Shown here: positions 55,599-64,000 of the stretch, one piece after another
How the letters are laid out: every line of letters begins with the position of its first letter
Numbering within the stretch: the first letter of the stretch is position 1
Source: Candidatus Moraniibacteriota bacterium
GTDB lineage: Bacteria > Patescibacteriota > Minisyncoccia > Moranbacterales > JAPLXC01
Direction: 5' to 3'
Length of the DNA stretch: 64,000 bases
Assembly: GCA_026396275.1 (NCBI GenBank)
Contig: JAPLXC010000005.1
Location: 1,615 to 65,614, forward strand
Position numbers and translations under genes: made by a program
Notes under the pieces: generated by a model
Told to the model about the DNA's origin: nothing
The model's input: only the letters and a program-made list of their open reading frames with translations
The model's database searches: none

Positions 55599-56411
55599 TT
55601 AGTATTCTTGAAATTTTCCCCCCGGAAGATATTGCTTGATAAAGTTTTGAGAGTTATATACGTCGGCCTCGGCTTCCATTTCGACAATTTCCACCTCTCC
55701 TGGAAAGCTAAATGGCCACAGCAGGCGAAAGTCCCTTTGTTCGCGAGAATTTACCGTCCTCATATCTGTTGAATTTAAAGCCACCGGTTTTTTTCCAGAG
55801 TCCCTCAAAATCACATTTATTTTGATAAAGTTAAAGTCAAAAGGGCTGTCGTTTCGGAGCAGCCCATAGGCCTCACTGTATCCTACTCCTCCCGAAATTA
55901 GATTATAACGCTTGTTGTAAATGTCGAGTCGCGGCTTTTCGTAGTTCGAAAATTCCGCCCATTCAGTGCTCGCAATTATTACTTCCACTTCCTGGGGACC
56001 GACCGCCTCTAAATTGCTCTCAATAATATACTTCGTCTCCGCCGGAAGAATAAACCCTTTTCCGGAACGCCTGTCTATTTCTTTTCCGGAGGAATCCTTC
56101 AAAATAAATTCATAGGAAAAATCCGGGCTGCCGTACTCACTATTGGGATTTGATATTTTCGTCATTACATCATACCGGCCCGGCCCGCCGTAAATGAAAG
56201 CTTTTTCGGCAACTGCCAGCGGCTGCGCCATAAAAACTTTTTTGCAAGGGGCGCAAGGCCCGCCACAGTCAGTTCCCTCTTCTCTCTGATTTTTTTTCCC
56301 ATCAAAGCAGGTGGGAGCCGGTTTTGTCATTTGATAAATCAGCAGGCCAACAAGAAAAAAGATAACCAGGTAAACCGCGATAATAATAAGTCGCTTATAG
56401 TTTCGGGTCAT
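55599..56411 (-). CDS. membrane-anchored hypothetical protein with Cys-rich segment
   Basis: TM helix then CFDGKKNQREEGTDCGGPCAPCKK; the rest has no known family. Confidence 0.5.
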   Translation of the reverse strand: MTRNYKRLIIIAVYLVIFFLVGLLIYQMTKPAPTCFDGKKNQREEGTDCGGPCAPCKKVFMAQPLAVAEKAFIYGGPGRYDVMTKISNPNSEYGSPDFSYEFILKDSSGKEIDRRSGKGFILPAETKYIIESNLEAVGPQEVEVIIASTEWAEFSNYEKPRLDIYNKRYNLISGGVGYSEAYGLLRNDSPFDFNFIKINVILRDSGKKPVALNSTDMRTVNSREQRDFRLLWPFSFPGEVEIVEMEAEADVYNSQNFIKQYLPGGKFQEY

Positions 56412-56469
56412 TTTTTAGGCCTAATGCTTAATGCGTACTTCTGAAGATGCATTTTTATTATAATCAAAA

Positions 56470-56540
56470 ACAAAAAAACAAGCTAGTTTACCCCGCTCTT
56501 ATGGGCGTACGCTCATAGGCGGGGTAAAGATGGCTTGTTT
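56470..56540 (-). terminator. long imperfect hairpin plus T-run downstream of 5S rRNA
   Basis: AACAAGC...TACCCCGC...GCGGGGTA...GCTTGTTTTTTTG read on the minus strand. Confidence 0.5.
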
Positions 56541-56571
56541 TCCAAAAGCATTGTTCTAGCAACGACCCGAT

Positions 56572-56786
56572 GACTAAACTCACAATCTTGGCGACGGCCT
56601 ACTCTCCCCCCACACCAATTTCAACTACAGACCGCAATAATATTTCGCGTGCAAGTGAAGCGACTTCGCTTTCACAACTAAAATACCATAGCGACGTACC
56701 AAAAATTGGTGTGGGGGTACCATCGGGGCTGAAGTGCTTAACGGCCGAGTTCGGAATGGGATCGGGTGTACCCACTTCGCAAAAAT
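56572..56786 (-). rRNA. 5S rRNA with ~87-nt insertion in the helix IV terminal loop
   Basis: Aligned by eye to E. coli 5S. A 13-bp helix I (CAAUCUUGGUGAU / GUCGCCAAGAUUG), loop C CCGAACUC, ...CCGAUGGUA, then extended helix IV CCCCCACACCAA...UUGGUGUGGGGG enclosing ~87 nt, then GAGAGUAGG. Confidence 0.7.
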
Positions 56787-56982
56787 CACCAAGATTGTAA
56801 GTTCAGATCAAAATTTGAACTTCAAATTTATTTTAAGTAACTGCTAACTGCTAACTTGAAAAACGAGAAAGGTTTAATAGTTTATTAGTACTTCTTGGCT
56901 GAATCCCTCTCGGGACTTACACCTGAAGCCTATCAACCTCGTCTTCTTCGAGGAAACCATACCGCGCACAGCGCGGAAGTTC

Positions 56983-57113
56983 AAATTTCAAAGCTCAAAT
57001 TTTCCCGCCAAAGCGAGATCCCGCCGTGGCGGTGGCAAATCAATTTCAAATGGCTAAATTTCAAAAAAATTTTGTCATTTGGATTTTGGGCTTGATTTGT
57101 CATTTGGATTTTT
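56983..57113 (-). repeat. AT-rich TIR element (copy C) at the helix-98-equivalent variable site of 23S
   Basis: Its reverse complement aligns with copies A and B. Flanked by duplicated CGUGCGCAGCACG-like hairpins. Confidence 0.5.
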
Positions 57114-57162
57114 GATTTTGACATTCCGTGCTGCGCACGACAGTTGCCTAATCTTGGGGTGA

Positions 57163-57193
<31 letters not shown>

Positions 57194-57273
57194 TCGTCCG
57201 AACATAGCTACTCGGCGTTGCTCCTGGCGGAACAGCCGATACACCAGAGGTTCGTTCTTCTCGGTCCTCTCGT

Positions 57274-58042
57274 CACATATTCCCTTATTTCTAAGAGTGT
57301 AGACTATATCTTCATCCCCGATGGACATCGAGGAGCCGACGTGTTATAGCAACACATTTCCATATATTTTCCGTTGCTATCCTATCCCGCCTTGGCGGGA
57401 TAAAGTCGTTACGGGGTCAATCCTAAAATTTTTAGCAATTTTCTTTTGGTTCTTTTTTTCTTAGTAACATAATTTTCTTTCTGAATTTTCATCACGCAAT
57501 TAATAAGTTTAATGTAATCCTTCTTTTCAAGGTTCTTTTTACTAAGAATTTTTATAGCTTTTAATATTTCTTGGCACTGGATCTTTTTGAATTTAATAAA
57601 TGGCTTTAGTTTTTCGAGAATACTTTTTGCCTTATTATAGCCATTAATTCGTAGTTCGGTTATGCTATCATTTCTTCTGGAAATATAACCAATGCCGATT
57701 TTTTTCCTAATCCAGTACAAGGGTTTTTCGTGGCGCGAATCCTGATAAAAGCAAATAGTAACCATGAAGCGGCTTTTTCCATTGTCGCTTCGTTTTTTTA
57801 TTTGCAACATTAAGCTTCCATCGCCATCAAGAAAACCTGCAATATAAGCTAAATTAATTTTAGAACGACTTCCCACGGTATTATCTTAATTATTTATCCG
57901 GTCCTCAAGTAACTTTATCATATCACAAAATTCGCTGGACCGCAAATCATTTTGTGATCCCACAAACCGGAAAATAAATGAAGACTTCACCGTTATTAGT
58001 CGGATTTTCAATTCCGCTTGCGCGGAAAAGTAGCAATCTTCT
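57274..58042 (-). mobile_element. group-I-like intron in 23S rRNA at the sarcin-ricin loop (between E. coli U2656/A2657 equivalents), encodes a LAGLIDADG endonuclease
   Basis: Exon junction reconstructs CUCUAGU|ACGAGAGGACC. 5' exon ends in U and the intron ends in G. Shares blocks (AUCCGACUAAUAACGGUGAAG, AUACCGUGGGAAGUC) with the intron at 59118..59358. Confidence 0.7.
57409..57876 (-). CDS. LAGLIDADG-family homing endonuclease (intron-encoded)
   Basis: LAYIAGFLDGDGS motif near the N-terminus. 155 aa, single-motif type, inside intron A. Confidence 0.8.
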   Translation of the reverse strand: MGSRSKINLAYIAGFLDGDGSLMLQIKKRSDNGKSRFMVTICFYQDSRHEKPLYWIRKKIGIGYISRRNDSITELRINGYNKAKSILEKLKPFIKFKKIQCQEILKAIKILSKKNLEKKDYIKLINCVMKIQKENYVTKKKRTKRKLLKILGLTP

Positions 58043-58105
58043 TACTAGAGAAGACTCCCCTCAAGCAACAACGCCTACGGCAGATAGAGACCAACCTGTC
58101 TCACG

Positions 58106-58389
58106 CATATTTGTTCACTTATTACTAAGTGTATGGACTATAACTTAATCCTTTTTTATTTTGTACAAAATTAGGATTGCTAACATTTAGTCTCTACGGG
58201 TTTGTAATTATTTACAATTCCCTCGGTATTGTCCAAACATATTTTGGATTTTACCGAAATTAGTTAGCTTCTCTTTTAACATTACTGTTAAAAGCCGCCA
58301 TGAATGATGTCATTAAATATCCTCGGGTTCAAACAGTAAAATCTCCTTTAACTAAAAAGCTAATGAAGCTAATAGCTAAAAGCTGCTTT
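58106..58389 (-). mobile_element. group-I-like intron in 23S rRNA at the I-CreI-type site (E. coli ~2593; AACCGU|CGUGAGACAG)
   Basis: A 284-nt insertion in the invariant GUCGUGAGACAG segment. Intron ends in G. No ORF. Confidence 0.65.
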
Positions 58390-58453
58390 ACGGTTTGAAC
58401 CCAGCTCGCGTACCGCTTTAATTGGCGAACAGCCAAACCCTTGGGAGCTTCTC

Positions 58454-58493
<40 letters not shown>

Positions 58494-58720
58494 TCCTCCG
58501 TCGATATGGACTCTTGGGAGGAATAAGCCTGTTATCCCCGGGGTAACTTTTATCTGATGATCTTCCACCCTCCTATGAGGGATGGTCGGTTCACTAAATT
58601 CCACTTTCGTGACTGATTGACTTATGGGTCTTTCAGTAAAGCTGGCTTGTGCTTTTGCGCTACCGGCCCGATTTCCATCCGGACCTAGCCAACCTTAGTA
58701 AACGCCTCCGTTGCATTTTG

Positions 58721-58751
<31 letters not shown>

Positions 58752-59117
58752 AGGCACTGTTCCCAACCCGGTACCAATAACCAACAACTTACAACTCACA
58801 ACTAAAATAACATTAAAAGAAATGTTATCAGTTGTTTGTTATCAGTTAGTCATTAGTAACGGGTTAGGGTTAGAACTAAAACTTCAGCAGGGTGGTATTC
58901 CACTGTTGCCTCCATCCCGACCAGAATCGGGACTTCATCGGCTCCCACCTAAGCTCGGCAGCTAAAACTCTAATCCAATGCCAAGTTGTAGTAAAGCTCC
59001 ACGGGGTCTTTTCGTCTTGCCGTAGGTCGACGGCATCTTTACCGTCATTGCGATTTCACCGGGTCCTTCGTCGAGACAGTTACCAAGTCGTTACGCCTTT
59101 GATGCGGGTCAGAATTT

Positions 59118-59358
59118 CATTTTTGCTGTTTTGCTTTCGCAAACAATAGACTATATCTTCACCCCGATATTATATCGGGGGCCGACGTGTTACCCACAAT
59201 AATTGTGAGTCCAGATTAAATAAATAATCTGAGTCGTTACGGGGTCACTAGGACTTCCCACGGTATTACCATATCCTTCAAGGACTTAGGCTTCACCGTT
59301 ATTAGTCGGATTGCTCATGCCGCATTGCTGCGGCATTCAGGCAAATGTCTGACACTTT
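59118..59358 (-). mobile_element. group-I-like intron in 23S rRNA near E. coli position 1951 (CCUUGUCAGGU|AAAUUCUGACC)
   Basis: A 241-nt insertion. 5' exon ends in U and the intron ends in G. Homologous to intron A. No ORF. Confidence 0.65.
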
Positions 59359-59778
59359 ACCTGACAAGGAATTTCGCTACCTTAGGACGATTATAGTTAT
59401 CGCCGACGTTCACTGGCGCTTCGGGAACAAGCTTTCACCCGCTCCGTTAACGTTCCAGCACTGGTCAGGCGTCAGCCCCTATACTTCCCCTTGCGGGTTT
59501 GCAGAGACCTGTGTTTTTGGTAAACAGTCGCCTGGTAAACTTTCGCTGCGTCCCGCCCTTTTGGACTAAAATTTTAAGGCTTCATGAATTTTATTTTCAC
59601 AAGCTTAAAATTCATTCCCAAAAGGGCGGGAAAGACATTTCGCGAACTTACGTCTAGTTTTTTTGCCGAGTTCCTTAACGAAGGTTCTCCCGTTCACCTT
59701 GGGCTACTCGCCCAGTCCACCTGTGTCGGTTTTCGGTACGGACGCTGTTAGATTCGCTCGTATCGCGCTTCGCGCGAT

Positions 59779-59925
59779 ACATCGCTAAATTCAAAAATCA
59801 AAGTGCAAAATGCAAAATTAAGGAACTCGCTACACTCGTAATTTTTTATATTTTAAATATAAAATAATCAGTCGCGAAACGACACCAAAATTTTGATTTT
59901 TGATTTTTGCATTTTGAATTTGAGT
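59779..59925. repeat. AT-rich family-2 inverted-repeat element inside a 23S variable region (domain III)
   Basis: Arms CAAAAATCAAAGTGCAAAATGCAAAA / TTTTGATTTTTGATTTTTGCATTTTG, like 16187..16382. Confidence 0.45.
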
Positions 59926-61085
59926 GAGTATCACACGAAAGGTGATACGAACGACATAGAGGTTTTTCCTGGTAGCGCGCTCGTTCAGCTTCCCCTGATA
60001 AAATCAGAGTTCGCCGCGTTTCTTGAAGTAATGCCCTGCGGATTTGCCTGCAGAGCCCTCTTAAAACGCGGACGTTAATCCAATAAATCGCCTGAATTAC
60101 TGCACTACGTCACCTCATTTATAAACTAATAGCGGTGCCGGAATATTAACCGGCTGTCCATCGACTACGCCTTTCGGCCTCGCCTTAGGACCGACTAACC
60201 CTGGGATGATCGTCATTGCCCAGGAAACCTTGGACTTGCGGTGTGCCGGGTTTTCACCGGCATTGTGGTTACTCATGCCAACATTCTCACTTCCATAAAC
60301 TCCAGTCCGACTCACATCGAACCTTTGCTGCTTATGGAACGCTCTCCTACCGCCAATGCAAAGCATTGGCCCATATCTTCGGTACCATGTTTAGCCCCGT
60401 TACATTTTCGGCGCGAATCTTCTGGTCTAGTGAGCTGTTACGCACTCTTTAAAGGGTGGCTGCCTCTAAGCCAACCTCCTAGATGTATAAGAAAATTCAC
60501 TTCCTTTCCCACTTAACATGGATTTAGGGACCTTAGATGATGATTTGGGCTGTTTCCCTTTTGAGATCCGACCTTAGCGCCGGATTTCTGACTGCCTCGG
60601 TAAATATCGCAAGAATTCGGAGTTTGGTTGAGAACCCTGCGGCGAACCGCGAGTCCTCATTCAGTAGCTCTACCTCTTGGATACAATGTCGAGACGCTAG
60701 CCCTCAAGCTATTTCGGAGAGAACCAGCTATTGCCAAGCTCGGTTGGAATTTCTCCTCTACACACAAGTCATCTCCCAGTTTTGCACGGCTGGTGAGTGC
60801 GGGCCTCCCCCCGATTTTACTCGGGGTTCACCCTGCTCATGTGTAGCTCGCCTGGCTTCGGGTCTAGTCCGCGCGACACGCCTTGTACCACAATGGTACA
60901 AGGCAAAGCCCATTTAAGGCTCGCTTTCACTGTGCATATCCTCCAAAGGAGTTTATACAAGTCACGCAAAACTAACTCGTTGGCTCGTTCTACAAAAAGC
61001 ACGCAGTCACCCCGACTTGCGTCGGGGCTCCTACTCTTCGTTTGCATATGGTTTCAGGTTCTATTTCATCTCCCTCACCGGGATA

Positions 61086-61122
<37 letters not shown>

Positions 61123-62180
61123 ATCTCGCACAATATTTAGCCTTGGAAGATTAGTGCTCCCAGATTCAGACGGGATTTCTCCGGTCCCGCCCTACTTGAG
61201 AATAATAACCGTAAAGATGTTTTCTTTTTATGTACAGGGCTATTACCTTCTATGGCCGCTCTTTCCAGAGACGTTCTATTAAAAAAACATTTTATAACTC
61301 TACCTCCGCAGAATGTAACACGTTGAGAAAAATCTCAAGATGTTACAAACTCGGAGCGTTACCATCCCGCAACGCCGCAATCACCAAAGTAATTACGGTT
61401 TTGGCTTTTCCCCTTTCGCTCGCCACTACTTGGGGAATCACTATTGTTTTCTTTTCCTCCTGGTACTAAGATGTTTCAATTCCCAGGGTGCGCCATACGC
61501 ACCTATGAATTCAGCGCGTATTAATCCCGCCGAGGCGGGATTGGATTGCTCCATTCGGATATCCCCGGATCAAAGCTTGCTTGGCAGCTCCCCGAGGCTT
61601 ATCGCAGCCTGCTACGTCCTTCATCGCTTGTACGAGTCAAGGCATCCACCATATGCATGAGTAAACCTTTCTCTTTGTTAGCAGTTAGCAATTACTTAAC
61701 TTTAGCTAACTTTTTCTTAATTTACGACCTACTTAAAACTTACCACTTTTCACTGACTCATCTTTCCGCAAAACGCGAACAAGCCAATGACAGTTGGTTA
61801 AGACCTATTCAGTTTTCAAGGAGCGATTACTGCGGAAATAAATTAGAACAATATTATTCAAACTTATTTCAACACTAATCATCAACCTGTCACCCACTCA
61901 CCAGTTTCGAAAGCATTCTGGTGATTTCCTAAAACTGGATACACAGTCGCGCCTTCGGCTTGATCTGAAAAAATATTAAATATTGATAAAAACTGGTGAG
62001 GGATTTGTTTCTCTTATCAAAATCAAAGATTTTGAAGAGAAACAAAAAACCGCTTGTTCGGCGGGCTGTCTCCTCAAGAACAACTTAAAAATAAAGAATT
62101 TACCCGCTTCTTTTTCCAATATGCTTTTTTCGAATTGTCTTTACTATATGTTTGAAAAAATAATTAGTTAGTCAGTTTTC

Positions 62181-62223
62181 GACAACGTGTTGTCATATTA
62201 ACAATTCCCGAAAAGGATGTCAA
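62181..62223 (-). promoter_or_regulatory. rRNA promoter TTGACA-17nt-TAATAT with adjacent 14-bp palindrome GACAACGTGTTGTC
   Basis: On the minus strand: -35 at 62218..62223, -10 at 62195..62200, palindrome 62181..62194 at the predicted start site, about 510 nt upstream of mature 23S. Confidence 0.45.
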
Positions 62224-62305
62224 GAGGTCACACCAGAAGTTCTGTGAATAACTCATGCCTTTTGTTGTCCACTCTGTATTACAAACTTAATTACAACAAA
62301 TTTCA

Positions 62306-62331
62306 AACAAAAACAGCTTAGATAAGCTGTT
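62306..62331 (-). terminator. hairpin AAAAACAGCTTATCTAAGCTGTTTTT
   Basis: Perfect inverted repeat with T-run immediately after 62352..63044. Confidence 0.55.
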
Positions 62332-62351
62332 TTTGAAATTTCTAAATTTTT

Positions 62352-63044
62352 CTACTGGTTTCTTTCGGAAATTTCCTCCCGCAGTTTTTTAAGTATCGCC
62401 GCCGCTTCGTCTTTGCCACCCAGACCGAAAGCCAGTCCTACTGCCAGAGACAGCGCCGCTATCAAGCCAATGAATATGGTGTTAACCAAGGAGACCGCGA
62501 TTCCTAATTGAACGAGAGCCGCCAGCAACCCGAAAACCACAATCGCCCATTTGGAAATTGTCGCAAGCAACGTCGCGCTCATTATTCCCGCCGCCCGGGT
62601 GCTATGACGGACCACGTTATAGACGAAATTACCGAGCAAAAAGGCGATGGCCAAAATGATCGTGGCTACCACGAGATTGGGAATATAGAGAATGACGTTA
62701 TTGAGAAAGCCAGTTACTTGGCTAAGGCCAAGAATGTCAGTCGCCGCCATCAAAAATACCAAAATCAAAAACCATTTCACCAGCTCGCCGAAAAACCGGG
62801 AGACGCTTATCCGAAGACCTGTTCCCTTGAACTTTTCCCCTATCCCCATCTTATCCAGCGCTTGATCAATGCGAAGAACCATGATAATTTTTTCAGCCGC
62901 TTTTCCCAAGGCAACCGCTGCAATAAGTCCGAAAAGGAAAACAAGCAGTGCCCCGATAAGAGCAGGAAGAAAACTGATAAACCTCGCCCACAATTCAAGC
63001 AGGGACATTGTTATTGCTTCCCCCCATGTTTGTACCGGATTCAT
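62352..63044 (-). CDS. polytopic membrane protein (small mechanosensitive-channel-like / TM-helix repeat protein)
   Basis: About 5 TM helices and a charged C-terminus. Weak resemblance to the MscS N-terminal region only. Confidence 0.4.
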   Translation of the reverse strand: MNPVQTWGEAITMSLLELWARFISFLPALIGALLVFLFGLIAAVALGKAAEKIIMVLRIDQALDKMGIGEKFKGTGLRISVSRFFGELVKWFLILVFLMAATDILGLSQVTGFLNNVILYIPNLVVATIILAIAFLLGNFVYNVVRHSTRAAGIMSATLLATISKWAIVVFGLLAALVQLGIAVSLVNTIFIGLIAALSLAVGLAFGLGGKDEAAAILKKLREEISERNQ

Positions 63045-63156
63045 TTATTCACCTCCCGTCTAGTAAGCCCCTACACCCTTATGGATGTGGGGGTAAAAAT
63101 TATAAATCCTAAAAACTTTTAATGAAGTTCGGAGTCAGTGACAATTTTTCAAAACC

Positions 63157-63729
63157 CTACCGATTCAGTTCTTTCTTGAATTCTTCATAAATCTTTTCCA
63201 ACACTCCCAGCTCCGGCTGGCCGTCAACTGACAAAACCTTCATCCGGGCCTTAAAAAGCCGTTCTTTGGCTTCATTCAAAGCCAGTCCTTCTTTTTCCGC
63301 TTCTAGAAAGATTAGAGAAATATCTCCCAGATAGTGAATAAACTCCTGGCATTCCTTGCAGTCCTTATACTTTTCCAGCAGTTTTTCAGTTACGGAATAC
63401 ACCTGGCCGATACTGGCATAAAGAGAGTGAAAGTCGTCATAGATCGCCCTGAAAACCTTATCGTCCACGCCGGTTTCCAGTGACATTAAATAGATTTCTT
63501 TTTTAATCAGATCCTCCTTTGTCTGATCATCACTCCAGCTTTTCACTCTGGCTTCAATAAAAACCTCCTCGGCTGACCGCAGGTAGTCAACAAATTCCAC
63601 CAGTTCTTGATAGGGACTGTACTTTTCCTTGAGTTTCGTGCTGATCAGTTCAATTTTTTCTATCTCCTTTTGCATCCGTACTTCCTTTTCATATTGAGAC
63701 GACAAATTTTCCGGTGACTCAATTGACAT
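63157..63729 (-). CDS. hypothetical protein (190 aa)
   Basis: Track ORF with no family recognised. Confidence 0.4.
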   Translation of the reverse strand: MSIESPENLSSQYEKEVRMQKEIEKIELISTKLKEKYSPYQELVEFVDYLRSAEEVFIEARVKSWSDDQTKEDLIKKEIYLMSLETGVDDKVFRAIYDDFHSLYASIGQVYSVTEKLLEKYKDCKECQEFIHYLGDISLIFLEAEKEGLALNEAKERLFKARMKVLSVDGQPELGVLEKIYEEFKKELNR

Positions 63730-63768
63730 ATTTTCTAATTAAATCCTTTTTGCTCCTATGATTTTTTG

Positions 63769-64000
63769 TTAGGGTGCCGGGGTCTCTTGAGGGGCTTGTT
63801 CGGCGGATTGTTCCGGCGTCTGAACAGGCGGCTGGCTCTCATTGGCTCCACGGAGATTATTGGTAATGTTGGTGCCTCCGCTTTCAATATTGGCAATCAT
63901 CTTTTCTATCTGCTGCTTCGCGTCTTGCGATCCTTCCGGGAGCAGATCCAGCACGGTTCGATATTCACTAATAGCATCGCTCTTCCTCTGCGTCTTTTCA
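63769..64000 (-). CDS. hypothetical protein, N-terminus outside window
   Basis: Frame stays open upstream of the GTG at 63954 to the window end. Pro/Gln/Glu-rich C-terminus. Confidence 0.35.
   Translation of the reverse strand, partial: EKTQRKSDAISEYRTVLDLLPEGSQDAKQQIEKMIANIESGGTNITNNLRGANESQPPVQTPEQSAEQAPQETPAP

Noticed and set aside
56570-56800. 76-aa plus-strand ORF
   Set aside because: It coincides with the minus-strand 5S rRNA gene.

Overview
This window is AT-rich (roughly 38-40% GC), gene-dense and mostly transcribed on the minus strand. Its gene content resembles a reduced-genome, CPR/Patescibacteria-like bacterium, though that is a guess from content alone. It contains the ribosomal alpha operon (infA-rpmJ-rpsM-rpsK-rpsD-rpoA-rplQ) followed by rplM-rpsI, and several aminoacyl-tRNA synthetases (lysS partial, aspS, proS, hisS, metG). 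It also has the glycolytic genes eno and pgk, cell-envelope genes (mraY, a PBP5-like D,D-carboxypeptidase, rodA/ftsW, LCP, lepB, a lytic transglycosylase), scpAB, parAB, topA, dprA and relA/spoT. Two tRNA loci and a 23S-5S rRNA operon lacking a linked 16S are present. The most unusual features are listed here. (1) The 23S rRNA gene is interrupted by three group-I-like introns; one is inside the sarcin-ricin loop and carries a LAGLIDADG homing endonuclease. The 5S rRNA has an ~87-nt insertion in helix IV. (2) Several families of miniature repeated elements occur: AT-rich elements with terminal inverted repeats, and GC-rich hairpins. They lie in intergenic spacers, inside rRNA variable regions, and once in-frame inside proS. 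(3) A 1383-aa repetitive surface protein carries a C-terminal phage tail-fibre-like intramolecular chaperone (peptidase S74-like) motif. (4) A wHTH-Cas2-like fusion protein is flanked by three 28-bp palindromic operators, next to an unannotated ~300-nt transcript with a consensus promoter and terminator. (5) Both tRNA loci are rearranged, with 5' tRNA fragments duplicated upstream of the gene. No CRISPR array, transposase or integrase was seen.
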